Source of the DNA: a virus
Lineage: Duplodnaviria; Caudoviricetes
Direction: 5' to 3' (one strand)
IMG/VR virus record: IMGVR_UViG_3300014208_000418
Location: 1 to 37,328 of that record
Length of the DNA stretch: 37,328 nt
Both the position numbers and the translations under genes were made by a program. The notes below the pieces were generated by a model. The model had not been told where the DNA came from, did not search any database, and worked only from the letters and a program-made list of their open reading frames with translations. Below are positions 1 through 9,025 of this stretch, piece by piece. Position 1 is the stretch's first letter; every line of letters begins with the position of its first letter.

Positions 1-231
1 CACGAATGCCACAGGGATCTCTTTGATGCCCTCCAATTTGGCCGCTACGACGCGCTGATGCCCTCCCACGATGATATTCTCGCGTCCCGGGTGTATATTC
101 ACCACGATCGGCTCCAAAAGGCCTAATTCGCGTATACTGCGACGCAGCTTATCCAGCGCCTCCTTTTTTATGCTCCGGGGATTGTATTCTGCCGGGACCA
201 CAGAATCGATGGGAACGATCTTGAATTTCAT
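1..231 (-). CDS. ParB/Sulfiredoxin N-terminal domain protein (3' truncated by window)
   Basis: Hand translation from ATG 231: MKFKIVPIDSVVPAEYNPRSIKKEALDKLRRSIRELGLLEPIVVN...IIVGGHQRVVAAK; NPR, G-x-x-x-PI and GHQR motifs of ParBc; ATGA overlap with the upstream stop; not in the ORF track. Confidence 0.88.
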   Translation of the reverse strand, partial: MKFKIVPIDSVVPAEYNPRSIKKEALDKLRRSIRELGLLEPIVVNIHPGRENIIVGGHQRVVAAKLEGIKEIPVAFV

Positions 232-581
232 ATTTTTTTTGTGATAAATTGTGCGAAGTCACGCAGCTCTGCGGCGCTCTGTTGCATCTCGATCATGTGC
301 TGCGCCGATTCCATTCCTTTTTTGTTGAGATTCTCGCGCGCCGTCTGCATTGCTTTCAGATCACGCTCATCTCGTTGTCTTTTTTCCCTGCCCTCTTTTG
401 TGTGATCGCTGGCAGCCGCACTGATACGTTCCTGCAGTTCCAAAATTCCTTTGTCTTGCTGTCCGACTTTTGTATTGAAATCGTTCGCTATATCGGCAAA
501 GAACGCTGCCCGGCAGGACAGATCTGCCGCCTGTCGCATCGTCTTGATCACCAGCATCCACTTGAACAGTTTTTTGAACAT
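228..581 (-). CDS. Hypothetical coiled-coil protein (117 aa)
   Basis: Heptad-like helical composition, tightly packed between neighbours. Confidence 0.7.
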   Translation of the reverse strand: MFKKLFKWMLVIKTMRQAADLSCRAAFFADIANDFNTKVGQQDKGILELQERISAAASDHTKEGREKRQRDERDLKAMQTARENLNKKGMESAQHMIEMQQSAAELRDFAQFITKKI

Positions 582-583
582 GA

Positions 584-769
584 TTATTTTTTAATGATAC
601 GCTTTTCGATTTTTGGCCGGTGCCACCATCTTTTTTTCTCCGGGGTAGCCGCTGCGCCCTCTCCGGATATCCCTGTTGCTCCCACACAGTTCGGGCACGC
701 CCACAGATTCTTTTCTCTGTCTGTGCACTCCATCTCGGCACAGCATTCCGGACATATTGGTTTTATCAT
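584..769 (-). CDS. Small zinc-ribbon protein (61 aa)
   Basis: CPEC...WACPNC plus a basic tail; ATGA overlap with the VRR-NUC stop. Confidence 0.75.
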   Translation of the reverse strand: MIKPICPECCAEMECTDREKNLWACPNCVGATGISGEGAAATPEKKRWWHRPKIEKRIIKK

Positions 770-1122
770 AGGATCTTTTGTACCTCATCAATGCTACCAA
801 CCACGTAATACTCGCCGCCGGCCGCTTTCAAATTCTGCTCGAATTCTTTCTGTTCTTTGCTTTGGTATGTTTTCGCGCTATTCCCGCACTGTGGTTTCTT
901 CACCTCAAGCCCGATGTATTTCCCATCCTTGACCACAATGATATCGGGTAATCCCCGCGGCGTAAATTTCGGAAGCCGCCGAAATTGTTTGTTGCCGAAC
1001 CTATCGTTGAACACCGGCGGGATGTTGTTGTTGCGGTAAAAAAATAACTTCTTCATCTGCAGATAATGGCAGATGGTCGCCGATATGTCGCTCTCTTTGG
1101 GATTCAAAAATGATTCGTTCAT
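766..1122 (-). CDS. VRR-NUC domain nuclease / Holliday-junction resolvase-like (118 aa)
   Basis: Start MNESF at 1122 (overlaps upstream stop); KESDI...GLPDII...GLEVK...QSKEQKEF...GGEYYVV pattern. Confidence 0.88.
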   Translation of the reverse strand: MNESFLNPKESDISATICHYLQMKKLFFYRNNNIPPVFNDRFGNKQFRRLPKFTPRGLPDIIVVKDGKYIGLEVKKPQCGNSAKTYQSKEQKEFEQNLKAAGGEYYVVGSIDEVQKIL

Positions 1123-1307
1123 ACCTGTGGACACGTTGATGCGGGGATCGATAATAAATACACGACCATCCACTTGATCGCGCAGATCAGTAACAGGATG
1201 AACGCGACGCAGACCATCGTATACAGCACGACCACGACGGCAAGCAAGATCCTGTGCCACACACTCAACGGCTCATCGCCGTTGTATCCGTCCTCATAGC
1301 TTTGCAT
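1119..1307 (-). CDS. Small membrane protein (62 aa)
   Basis: Start MQSYED at 1307; long hydrophobic stretch ILLAVVVVLYTMVCVAFILLLICAIKWMVVYLL. Confidence 0.65.
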   Translation of the reverse strand: MQSYEDGYNGDEPLSVWHRILLAVVVVLYTMVCVAFILLLICAIKWMVVYLLSIPASTCPQV

Positions 1308-2160
1308 GTGATATTTGATCAATGATATTTTTATACTCCTCGACCGATCGCTCGGTGCGATAGAGATCCTCAACCTCTTTTCGCCGGGCCGCCGCCTCTT
1401 TCGTCCGCTCGTCCGGATCCATGAACCGTTCAAGATCCTCGCTATCTTTCGCAACCGGCATGCCAAGCGCCCACGCGATATATGTTTTGTTGTTGCTCTT
1501 GAATTGGTATTTGCCCGATTCGATCCGGGGATTCAGAACCATATCGCCATTGTAGCACAATTCTTCGGCAAAAGATTCCTGATCGTATTTGATGTTCTTG
1601 AGATTCTCCATGATCCACGCATCATCGATCCCTTGCACGTTTTGGTTCGTGATATATGGCAGATCCGAGATGATCGTCAGCTTCAACCCGAGCCGCTTGA
1701 GCGATGAAAGACACTGATCGAGCACTTTGTGATTCCCATGATAGCCGTACCACACCACACTGCGCGCGCGGCCCTCATGCTTTTTGTTGAACGGATGCAC
1801 CGACAGATCCACCCGGTCCGGGACAAAGAACACCGGCTTGTCGGTCATGGTCTTTACAAAATCAACCAGCCGCTCGCTACTGCATGTCACTGCGTCGCAC
1901 AGTTCGATGCATTCCTTCACCGGCTTTCCATCGATCCAGTCCGGATCACACAGATCCAGTATCTTGATGCCCTTGAACAATTTCATGTGCTCGACAAAAA
2001 AGGCCTTTTGGTATATGACCACATCGTACGCTTGGCCGATCTTGAACAGCTCCGCTTCCGGCCAGTATTTCAAAAGCCACGTTCCCCGGATACGGCTCGA
2101 CCCCACGCTGTCCGGCGTTCTTGTTTCGTACACCTCCATCGTTAAAATTCCGATCTTCAT
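1294..2160 (-). CDS. Putative GT-B fold glycosyltransferase-like protein (288 aa)
   Basis: MKIGIL start, SSRIRG, YDVVIYQK, ILDLCD, CDAVTCSS, VVWYGYHGN, KSNNK...AWALGMPV resemble phage GT4-like proteins; operon context. Confidence 0.7.
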   Translation of the reverse strand: MKIGILTMEVYETRTPDSVGSSRIRGTWLLKYWPEAELFKIGQAYDVVIYQKAFFVEHMKLFKGIKILDLCDPDWIDGKPVKECIELCDAVTCSSERLVDFVKTMTDKPVFFVPDRVDLSVHPFNKKHEGRARSVVWYGYHGNHKVLDQCLSSLKRLGLKLTIISDLPYITNQNVQGIDDAWIMENLKNIKYDQESFAEELCYNGDMVLNPRIESGKYQFKSNNKTYIAWALGMPVAKDSEDLERFMDPDERTKEAAARRKEVEDLYRTERSVEEYKNIIDQISHAKL

Positions 2161-2174
2161 GTGTGTGATATAAA

Positions 2175-3569
2175 TTATTTTTTATTTTCTGCGATCACGC
2201 GTTCGAGCAGCGCTCGCCACTCCGACTGAAAGCGGCTCATGTGGAAATGCTCACGCGCCGTTTTTTTGCCTTCTTGTCCGATCTCCACGCACTTGCCATA
2301 AAAGCCGTTGATCAGTCCGGTCAAAAGATCCGCGACAACTGCCGGATTGTTCGGAACAAAAAATCCATTCTTTCCGTGCTCAATGAAGCGATCGGTGTCT
2401 TGGTTATTCAGCGTCACTACACACGACCCGGAAAGCATCGCCTCCGTTCTCGATCTCGGCATCGGGCTTTCCAGCGTAGGGTTAAAATAGATCAGCGATC
2501 TTCCGATGAAATCCCTGTACGCGTCAAACCCTCCTCCCTCGCCGTTGAATTTTACATCGACGCTGATCCACGCGTGCGGGATCCCGCGCTCTTTCAGTTT
2601 TTCTTTCACATCATACAAGAGCGCCCGGTTGTAGTATCTCTCCAACCCCGCCGGCGACAACGACGTGATCACTCTCGGCTCTTTCGGCAGATCGAACCAT
2701 TCGTCCGGATCAAGGCCGTGGATAATCACGTTCACCTCCCGGCCGATATCACCCCACATCTCCTTCGCCCGGTTACTGTTGACGACAACGTAGTTATTCC
2801 CCAAAAGCATCTTCATCTTCATCTTCAAAAAATCATCCGTGAACATCTCGGGCCAGTACGGCGTACCGTGGTTGATAACGATCTTCGGTATGTCGGTGAT
2901 CACCGCGTTCAGCTCACGGTACAGTTTGCTTTTGCCGAACGAATCATCAATACACTGCTGATCTATATTTAGAATTGCGACATCGTATTTCCCCGGCTCA
3001 TACTGTGGCACTTCAAATACATTAGCGGGAAGCGGGCGATACACGCCCCATTTCCGGATAGGATTCACCACCATATAAAATTCTGCATGCGGGATGCTTC
3101 TGAATAATTGATACTGGTGCGAAATGTGCCAAGCAACACAGAAAATTCGTATCGGACGGCCCAATAGCTTCTTCCATGCATTATGTTGCAGATAGTGGGT
3201 GCTCGCACTCTCATGCGTCAGATTTTCAATTCTATTGTCGCTCGGATCACCATTGAGATGATGTATAACGCTTTCTGTCGGCAGCGTTTTTCTGCAATGC
3301 TTCTCAAAATTTATGCGATGTTGATATACATATCCGGCCGGATCAGCATGTGGGTGTTGTGGCTCAAAAACTTTCACATAGCCACCTGCGTTTTCGTGCA
3401 CCCCACCATTCCAGTTCGGATTCCCATCGCCATCTATGCATGCCTGATAGCATGCATGAGAACAGTATTTTTTTCCGCGGCCCTCATAGAACCTTTTGCA
3501 ATTTTCATTATCGCAATATCGACGAACCCTCGACCACGGACCCCCCAAAATTTCCCCTTTTTTTGGCAT
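2175..3569 (-). CDS. HNH endonuclease fused to GT4-like glycosyltransferase (464 aa)
   Basis: N-terminus: CxxxxC...YCSxxC, NPNWNGG, HPHA..GYVYQHR, VIHHLNGDPSDNRIENL (HNH_3 type). From about residue 140: IRIFCVAWH, INHGTP, IIHGLDPDEW, YFNPTLESPMPRSRTEAMLSG, FIEHGKNGF (GT-B). Confidence 0.85.
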   Translation of the reverse strand: MPKKGEILGGPWSRVRRYCDNENCKRFYEGRGKKYCSHACYQACIDGDGNPNWNGGVHENAGGYVKVFEPQHPHADPAGYVYQHRINFEKHCRKTLPTESVIHHLNGDPSDNRIENLTHESASTHYLQHNAWKKLLGRPIRIFCVAWHISHQYQLFRSIPHAEFYMVVNPIRKWGVYRPLPANVFEVPQYEPGKYDVAILNIDQQCIDDSFGKSKLYRELNAVITDIPKIVINHGTPYWPEMFTDDFLKMKMKMLLGNNYVVVNSNRAKEMWGDIGREVNVIIHGLDPDEWFDLPKEPRVITSLSPAGLERYYNRALLYDVKEKLKERGIPHAWISVDVKFNGEGGGFDAYRDFIGRSLIYFNPTLESPMPRSRTEAMLSGSCVVTLNNQDTDRFIEHGKNGFFVPNNPAVVADLLTGLINGFYGKCVEIGQEGKKTAREHFHMSRFQSEWRALLERVIAENKK

Positions 3570-3570
3570 A

Positions 3571-4020
3571 TTATTTGCTCGGGCTTAATTGTGCAAAAAT
3601 AACACGACCTTCCGGATCCTTCGGATCATCTTCCAGCCGCAGGATGATCCAGTGCTTGAAACCATAGTCCGCATTGCGCGGCCGCTCCCCGGTCAGATAC
3701 TTGAACGTGCCCTTGCACCAAAACGAAACGTGCGTGATGTCCTGTATCGCAAGGGCGAAAGACTTCTCCGCATTCGGCACCGTCAGCTCCATGACGCCGT
3801 TGCTTTTCAGCACCCGCCAGCACTCATTGAAAAGATCGCGCCAGTATTTCCGCTCGACGTGCTCGAAAAAATTATGTGCCTCGATGAAAGAAACCGATCC
3901 GTCCGGGAACGGCAGTTTGTCTTTTTTCGCGTCCCATACTTTATTCCATCCGAAATCTTGGATGTCCAACCCGACAAACCCCTCTTTTTTTGTTCTTCCG
4001 CAACCGATTGAAATTTGCAT
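3571..4020 (-). CDS. Class I SAM-dependent methyltransferase (Methyltransf_11-like, 149 aa)
   Basis: ISIGCG motif I, GLDI, LPFPDGSV, HNFFEHV, NECWRVLKSNG, TVP. Confidence 0.9.
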   Translation of the reverse strand: MQISIGCGRTKKEGFVGLDIQDFGWNKVWDAKKDKLPFPDGSVSFIEAHNFFEHVERKYWRDLFNECWRVLKSNGVMELTVPNAEKSFALAIQDITHVSFWCKGTFKYLTGERPRNADYGFKHWIILRLEDDPKDPEGRVIFAQLSPSK

Positions 4021-4075
4021 ATACAGCGTTATTTTTACTTTTTTGGTAACTTTGTACCCATAAGCCCCAAAACCT

Positions 4076-4316
4076 CCGTATAGGTCAATTTAATGCTGAT
4101 GAATGGGGTGTTCTGTGCCACACCGCCGGCAGACACTATTGAAAACAAACGGCCGACGCAATTTGTTGGTGCCTGTTTTCATAATGCCCCCTGCCGACGG
4201 CGTATAGCACACACCGGATGATCGACCCTGCGGCCGGTCATTGTTCTGCCGATAGCAGCACTCAACTACTTGTGCGGGTTTACCCCGCTTCGCAAAATGC
4301 CCCACGAACAGACCAG
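4076..4316 (-). ncRNA. Candidate structured RNA (long G-U-rich rod plus multi-stem domain), family unrecognised
   Basis: 310-nt gap in an otherwise coupled operon; manual pairing 4076-4089/4221-4233, 4107-4132/4191-4215, 4133-4150/4171-4187, 4234-4246/4306-4316 and a GCGGG-GUAAA-CCCGC hairpin; mismatches become G-U pairs on the minus strand. Confidence 0.5.
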
Positions 4317-4331
4317 TGTTTATTTGTAAAA

Positions 4332-4919
4332 CTACTCGAGCGCCTTTTTGATAACAACCACGCCATGCGCGTATGGCGCGATCTCCGGAAAAGATGCAAA
4401 CTCGCCCTTGTGTGCCTGCATGAATCCCCACAGCGCGAACCCGACACCGAAATTCATGCACTTGTCTTTCTCGACGTAGCTGTAGTTTTCTTTGTGGAAC
4501 ACGTCGTCCACCATCAGCAAACCCCCCTTCCGCAACAGCGGCCATGAGTATTTCAGATCCTTCGATGCTCCGTCTTGGCCGTGATCAGCATCCACAAAGA
4601 TGAAATCGAAGTGCTCTTTGTAGGCATCCTCCCACCCGGGCAATATCTTCTGCGAATCTCCCTCGACACGCGTGAACCGACCCTCGAATCCTTCCGTGTG
4701 TTTTTTGAATTGCGGAAGTCCATATCCCCCGGTGATCTTGTCGATTGTGACGACGTGCCCTTTCGTCCACTCGATGCATGCCCTTGTGAACAATCCCCAT
4801 CCGCTGCCAACTTCAAGGATCTTGCCCGGCTGATGTTTGGACAGCAGCTTCTTATAAAATCCGAGCAGCTCTTGCTCGATCGGCATCAAACTTTTCAAAA
4901 ATTCTTCCCTATTGATCAT
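4332..4919 (-). CDS. Class I SAM-dependent O-methyltransferase-like (Methyltransf_24-like, 195 aa)
   Basis: ILEVGSGWG, VVTID, EGDSQKIL, FDFIFVDADH, LRKGGLLMVDD. Confidence 0.9.
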   Translation of the reverse strand: MINREEFLKSLMPIEQELLGFYKKLLSKHQPGKILEVGSGWGLFTRACIEWTKGHVVTIDKITGGYGLPQFKKHTEGFEGRFTRVEGDSQKILPGWEDAYKEHFDFIFVDADHGQDGASKDLKYSWPLLRKGGLLMVDDVFHKENYSYVEKDKCMNFGVGFALWGFMQAHKGEFASFPEIAPYAHGVVVIKKALE

Positions 4920-5443
4920 GTGTTTTTAATTTTATTTTTTGGTGTCATTTTTACATGAATGTCTTTGCGCGCGTTGACGACCAAATCGATGATCGTCCAT
5001 ACCTTGGAATAATAACCCTCCGCGTATTCCTCGTATTGGAAAAAATTCCATGTCCATTTGTCAAAGTATCTGATGTGGCTCGGTACGTATGCCTTTTCTG
5101 CATCCCTATGCGGCACGATCGCCCACAACTCGCCACCATGAGCCAACACGCGCCAACACTCATTCATCAGCCCGATCAGATCATCAATGTGTTCAAATAC
5201 ATGGCTGCAATAGATATGCGACGCTGAATTGTCCGGGAACGGCAATCCGTTTTCGATATCCCACAAAACCGGCTGTCCATAATCGATCATATCAACGCCG
5301 ATGTATCCCTCCTCGGCCGGCCGCCGGTGCTGCGGATCCCCGCAACCAATTTCAAGTTTTATTTTGCCGAACAAATGGCCGTATAGTTCCGGCGTCATCA
5401 ATGGCACTCTGCTTTCGATCCTGCGGATCCTTGATACGTTCAT
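4916..5443 (-). CDS. Class I SAM-dependent methyltransferase (Methyltransf_11-like, 175 aa)
   Basis: KLEIGCG, YIGVD, WDIENGLPFPDNS, SHVFEH, NECWRVL; paralog of 3571-4020. Confidence 0.9.
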   Translation of the reverse strand: MNVSRIRRIESRVPLMTPELYGHLFGKIKLEIGCGDPQHRRPAEEGYIGVDMIDYGQPVLWDIENGLPFPDNSASHIYCSHVFEHIDDLIGLMNECWRVLAHGGELWAIVPHRDAEKAYVPSHIRYFDKWTWNFFQYEEYAEGYYSKVWTIIDLVVNARKDIHVKMTPKNKIKNT

Positions 5444-5568
5444 ATATTTTTCAATAATGCTATAAGCGCAATGATCAAAGCGACAAACGACACCAAGAAA
5501 GATCCTCCGGTGAAGCGGGTATTTTTCTTCAATTCTATGATCAACCGTTCCGCTTGTTTTTCTGTCAT
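5440..5568 (-). CDS. Small single-TM protein (42 aa)
   Basis: MTEKQAE...FLVSFVALIIALIALLKNI; ATGA overlaps at both ends. Confidence 0.6.
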   Translation of the reverse strand: MTEKQAERLIIELKKNTRFTGGSFLVSFVALIIALIALLKNI

Positions 5569-7163
5569 TGTAGTCCCATCTTGTACAATTTTATCTTCGA
5601 CGCGATGATATCCTCTCGGTGCTTGCTCTTGCTGTGCGTGGTGATCAGCGGCGTGCACAACGCCTGCGGCACATACTCGAATTTGAACCCTTGCGACGCG
5701 AACCGCGCGGAGATCTCCTGCGTCATGCCGCCGTACCGATCGATGCGTTCGTTGAACATGCCGCCATCAATCAAAGACCTGCGCCACGTCGCGCTAAAAT
5801 TCTCAACGAAAGACTTGAACGCCCCCTTGCTCCCCCATACCCACACCTTTTTCGATTCATGCTGTTGCAGTGCTTTGACGAATGACCGGATCGCATCCGG
5901 ATGCATCTCCAAGCGATCATCGCAGAACAATACGATATCGCCGATTGCTTCGATGATCCCCATGTTCCGGGCTTTCGCAAGGCCATATATCCGCGGGTCG
6001 CTTGTGTTGAGCGTATTGATGTACCGGACAGGGAATGCGTATTTTTTCTGCATTTCGTACACGACACTGTAGGCCGTTTCATCCTGTGATCCGTCGTCAC
6101 ATATCACAACCTCGAAATTCTTATACGTTTGCTCTTTCAATTTGTGAATTGCCTGCACCAAGATCTCTGCCCGGTTGTATGTCGGTATGATCACACTCAC
6201 AATCGTATCCTTGAACAACACCCGTCGGAATAAAATGTCGTACTCCCGCGCCTGCACGTCCGGATGATACTGCCGGACCGTGCGCCATGCATTTTCGCGC
6301 AGCTCGTTGGAAATATCGTCGTTCTCCATAACCATCTTCAACGCCGCTTTCATATCCTCGATGTCGGTGTATTTCCCCTCCCGGAAAAACATATTCACCC
6401 CATGCTTCCCGCAATCGCGCGTCAACCCTATCTTGCGCGTGACAACCGGGATCCCCGATGCCATCGCTTCCAATATCGGCATGGTCCCGGATTCAGTCCC
6501 ATCATCGCTGTTCGCGCAGTACACGCGCGCGCGATGGTATACGTCGCCGATCTCATTGTCCGGAACGCTTTGTGCGAAGATGATCCCTGTCTTGTCCATC
6601 TCAACGTAATATCCCGCCTCCGAAACGCCGCCCACGACCATCAGCCGGTATCCCAATTCTCTGCACGCCTGCGCCAGCTCGCGCACGCCTTTGACCTTCT
6701 TGATCTGCCCGACGTACAGCACGATCTTTTCTTTTGTCAGCTCCGGGATGAAGCGCAGGTTTTTGAATTCGCACGCATGCCGGATCAATGTCGGTTTCAG
6801 CCCCTTCATTTCGAGCTGCTTCTTTTGCCAGCCGTTTTTCACGACAATATGATCCCATTTTTCTTTTTCCCACTCCCACTCGCCGACGACATTGTGTTCG
6901 TTGTGATGCGTTAGTATCGTGGGGATCTCCCGCGTTTCGGGGAACAGCTCGCGCATCTTCATCGCCGACTTCCAGTATTGCGCATCGATCAGATCCACGC
7001 CCTCTTTCAATTCTTTACGAATTTTCTCGATCTGCTCTGCCTCCGGGCGCTTCGGATGCAACGATACCTGCGTGATATTCAAATGCGGCAAGCGCGCCGT
7101 GTTCATCGATGCCAAGCGATCGATTGCGCTGCCGGGCTTATCCGTGATCGTCAGAATTTTCAT
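5565..7163 (-). CDS. Bifunctional glycosyltransferase, GT4 (GT-B) + GT2 (GT-A) fusion (532 aa)
   Basis: N-terminus LYVGQIKKVKG, ESGTMPILEAMASGIPVV (GT4 EX7E); C-terminus VSVIIPTYNR, EVVICDDGS, ARNMGI, LFCDD (GT2). Confidence 0.93.
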   Translation of the reverse strand: MKILTITDKPGSAIDRLASMNTARLPHLNITQVSLHPKRPEAEQIEKIRKELKEGVDLIDAQYWKSAMKMRELFPETREIPTILTHHNEHNVVGEWEWEKEKWDHIVVKNGWQKKQLEMKGLKPTLIRHACEFKNLRFIPELTKEKIVLYVGQIKKVKGVRELAQACRELGYRLMVVGGVSEAGYYVEMDKTGIIFAQSVPDNEIGDVYHRARVYCANSDDGTESGTMPILEAMASGIPVVTRKIGLTRDCGKHGVNMFFREGKYTDIEDMKAALKMVMENDDISNELRENAWRTVRQYHPDVQAREYDILFRRVLFKDTIVSVIIPTYNRAEILVQAIHKLKEQTYKNFEVVICDDGSQDETAYSVVYEMQKKYAFPVRYINTLNTSDPRIYGLAKARNMGIIEAIGDIVLFCDDRLEMHPDAIRSFVKALQQHESKKVWVWGSKGAFKSFVENFSATWRRSLIDGGMFNERIDRYGGMTQEISARFASQGFKFEYVPQALCTPLITTHSKSKHREDIIASKIKLYKMGLQ

Positions 7164-8056
7164 ATTTTATTCCACAATAAATATCCAAACTTGTCATGGT
7201 CGATGTCGCGCACTCTTTCCCGGATATGCCTCGGGTGCTGTTGCCACTCGAATGTCTTGTTGCATTTTTTGAGCCGCCCTGTGACCAGTGTGATGTAGTC
7301 ACGCAATGCGCTCTCCGGAGTGATGTCTTTCAGCGCTTTGCCGTGGTATCCATGCCCCCAAAATTTCGCATGGCTCCGGTCGAAACGATACAGCAGTTCC
7401 GTTGCTCGTTCCAGCGTCTTGAACGAATAGTCATAATTCCACACATGCACGCCCATGCGCTGATGCAGATTTTCGGGCACCGCAACCCCCTCCGGGATCT
7501 CATGCGCCGCGCCCGGGTATCTCATCCAACTTTTCCCATCCCATAGGATCGGCTGGCACAGATCGGTATATTTCGCTTTGTCCTTGCCATACCATATCGG
7601 GTACTCCATGTTCAGCGCGGTCAAGATATTCCCCTTTTCGTATGCCCGGCTCACTTGAAAGAATTGCAGCTTCTCGAATGCTCCGATCGCTTTTTTCTTC
7701 GCTTTCAATTCGCGCAGTTTCGCCTTCACCACGCCGGCATCCTGTTCATGGATGAAATAATCAGCATCGAATTTGATCACCCAGTCCGCGTTCAGCTCCC
7801 TTGCTTTGACCAGTCCGGCGTTCAAATGTCGCGCCAGCTCGTCGTAGGTCCATTCCGGTTGCGGCCAATCGAGATACTCAAAATGCAGCGGCTTATCGAA
7901 CCGCGCCTTCATCTGATCCGCAAGATCATACGTTCCGGTATCTCCGCACACCACAACCGCCTCGTCGCAGATCTCAAGCATCTGCCCGATGCATTCTTTC
8001 CACGGATCCTGCCTGTACTCCGGATCAGTGACCATTGTGATGCCGATGATCTTCAT
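7160..8056 (-). CDS. GT2-like (GT-A) glycosyltransferase (298 aa)
   Basis: ICDEAVVV, DTGT, ARHLNAGL, DWVIKFDADYFI (DXD motif). Confidence 0.8.
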   Translation of the reverse strand: MKIIGITMVTDPEYRQDPWKECIGQMLEICDEAVVVCGDTGTYDLADQMKARFDKPLHFEYLDWPQPEWTYDELARHLNAGLVKARELNADWVIKFDADYFIHEQDAGVVKAKLRELKAKKKAIGAFEKLQFFQVSRAYEKGNILTALNMEYPIWYGKDKAKYTDLCQPILWDGKSWMRYPGAAHEIPEGVAVPENLHQRMGVHVWNYDYSFKTLERATELLYRFDRSHAKFWGHGYHGKALKDITPESALRDYITLVTGRLKKCNKTFEWQQHPRHIRERVRDIDHDKFGYLLWNKI

Positions 8057-8186
8057 GTGTTTGTTTGTTATGTGGTTGATAGAATTCCGGCTACCGGCAC
8101 GTTGCTCGTTCCATGTTTTGATCCTTCTTCAATGCGCATCTCCAAAGGATCTCATCACTTCACTCACAGCGCTGCGTCGTACACCG

Positions 8187-8444
8187 CTACGCGTGCACGA
8201 TGTCGTGCGGGTCATGATCGCCGCTGCCGGCGGCCGGAAGTCTGTCGGCCACCTCTTTGAATACCGATGTTTCGGTTCTCTTTTTTCTCGGAAGATCGAT
8301 GCCGCTCTTTCGCGCGTAATGCGCCCACCGGGATATCGTAGGAAGATTCACGTCAAAATGATCGGCCAATTCCTGCCGGGTCATTGTGGTCCAGTGCTCG
8401 ACCAAAAACTGCACTGCTTCGATCGTTACCTTTTTGTCGCTCAT
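8187..8444 (-). CDS. Small helix-turn-helix protein (85 aa)
   Basis: MTRQELADHFDVNLPTISRWA HTH pattern; ATGA overlap with the upstream stop. Confidence 0.75.
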   Translation of the reverse strand: MSDKKVTIEAVQFLVEHWTTMTRQELADHFDVNLPTISRWAHYARKSGIDLPRKKRTETSVFKEVADRLPAAGSGDHDPHDIVHA

Positions 8445-9025
8445 GCTTTTCTTGCTTTAATCATATACCCTGTCACGCCGTGATCGATATCTCGGGCCGC
8501 TCTCATGCCATCGGCCGCGTACATCGTTTTCAACAGCTCCGGATTCTTGTGATACCGGTATTTTATTTCATCAATCACAAACCCCGCATTTTGCAGCAAG
8601 CGTATTGCCCCGGCCTCCGTATACCTCAAGCAATCGAACCCCACCGGATTGTGTCTTGGGTATACCAAGGGAAATGTAATGTATAGAGTATCTTTTTTAT
8701 CCAACAGAAAATTCAAATTTTTCAAAGCAGTCAACGGATCATACACATACTCCATAACCTCCAAACAAAAAATGACGTCGTGTCTTTCCGTGGACGCCTG
8801 TTGCGCGGGAACATTCGCCGGAAACGCTATATTGATATCACAAAGAAAATCCGCTTTTTGTTTTGGTTCCTCGTTGTGGTTGTCGAGTATCGCATACTCT
8901 CGCACCTCCCAGCTTTTCGTCCTGCCCTTCACCGGATTCGCAGCGCCGCCAACATCAAGAACGCGATCCGCTTTCACATCGATCGTCTTTAGCCAATCCT
9001 CAAGCTGTGTCCTATAATAGCTCAT
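8441..9025 (-). CDS. Class I SAM-dependent methyltransferase (194 aa)
   Basis: Start MSYYR at 9025; VLDVGG, HDVIFCLEVMEYVYDP, YITFPLVYPRH, DCLRYT. Confidence 0.88.
   Translation of the reverse strand: MSYYRTQLEDWLKTIDVKADRVLDVGGAANPVKGRTKSWEVREYAILDNHNEEPKQKADFLCDINIAFPANVPAQQASTERHDVIFCLEVMEYVYDPLTALKNLNFLLDKKDTLYITFPLVYPRHNPVGFDCLRYTEAGAIRLLQNAGFVIDEIKYRYHKNPELLKTMYAADGMRAARDIDHGVTGYMIKARKA

Noticed and set aside
4255-4300. Group II intron domain V-like hairpin (GCGGGGTAAACCCGCAC)
   Set aside because: No AGC/CGC catalytic triad stem, no domain VI end, no maturase, and the flanking genes are intact.
8057-8186. Gene or RNA in the 130-nt gap after the HTH gene
   Set aside because: Only very short ORFs without motifs and no convincing stem found.
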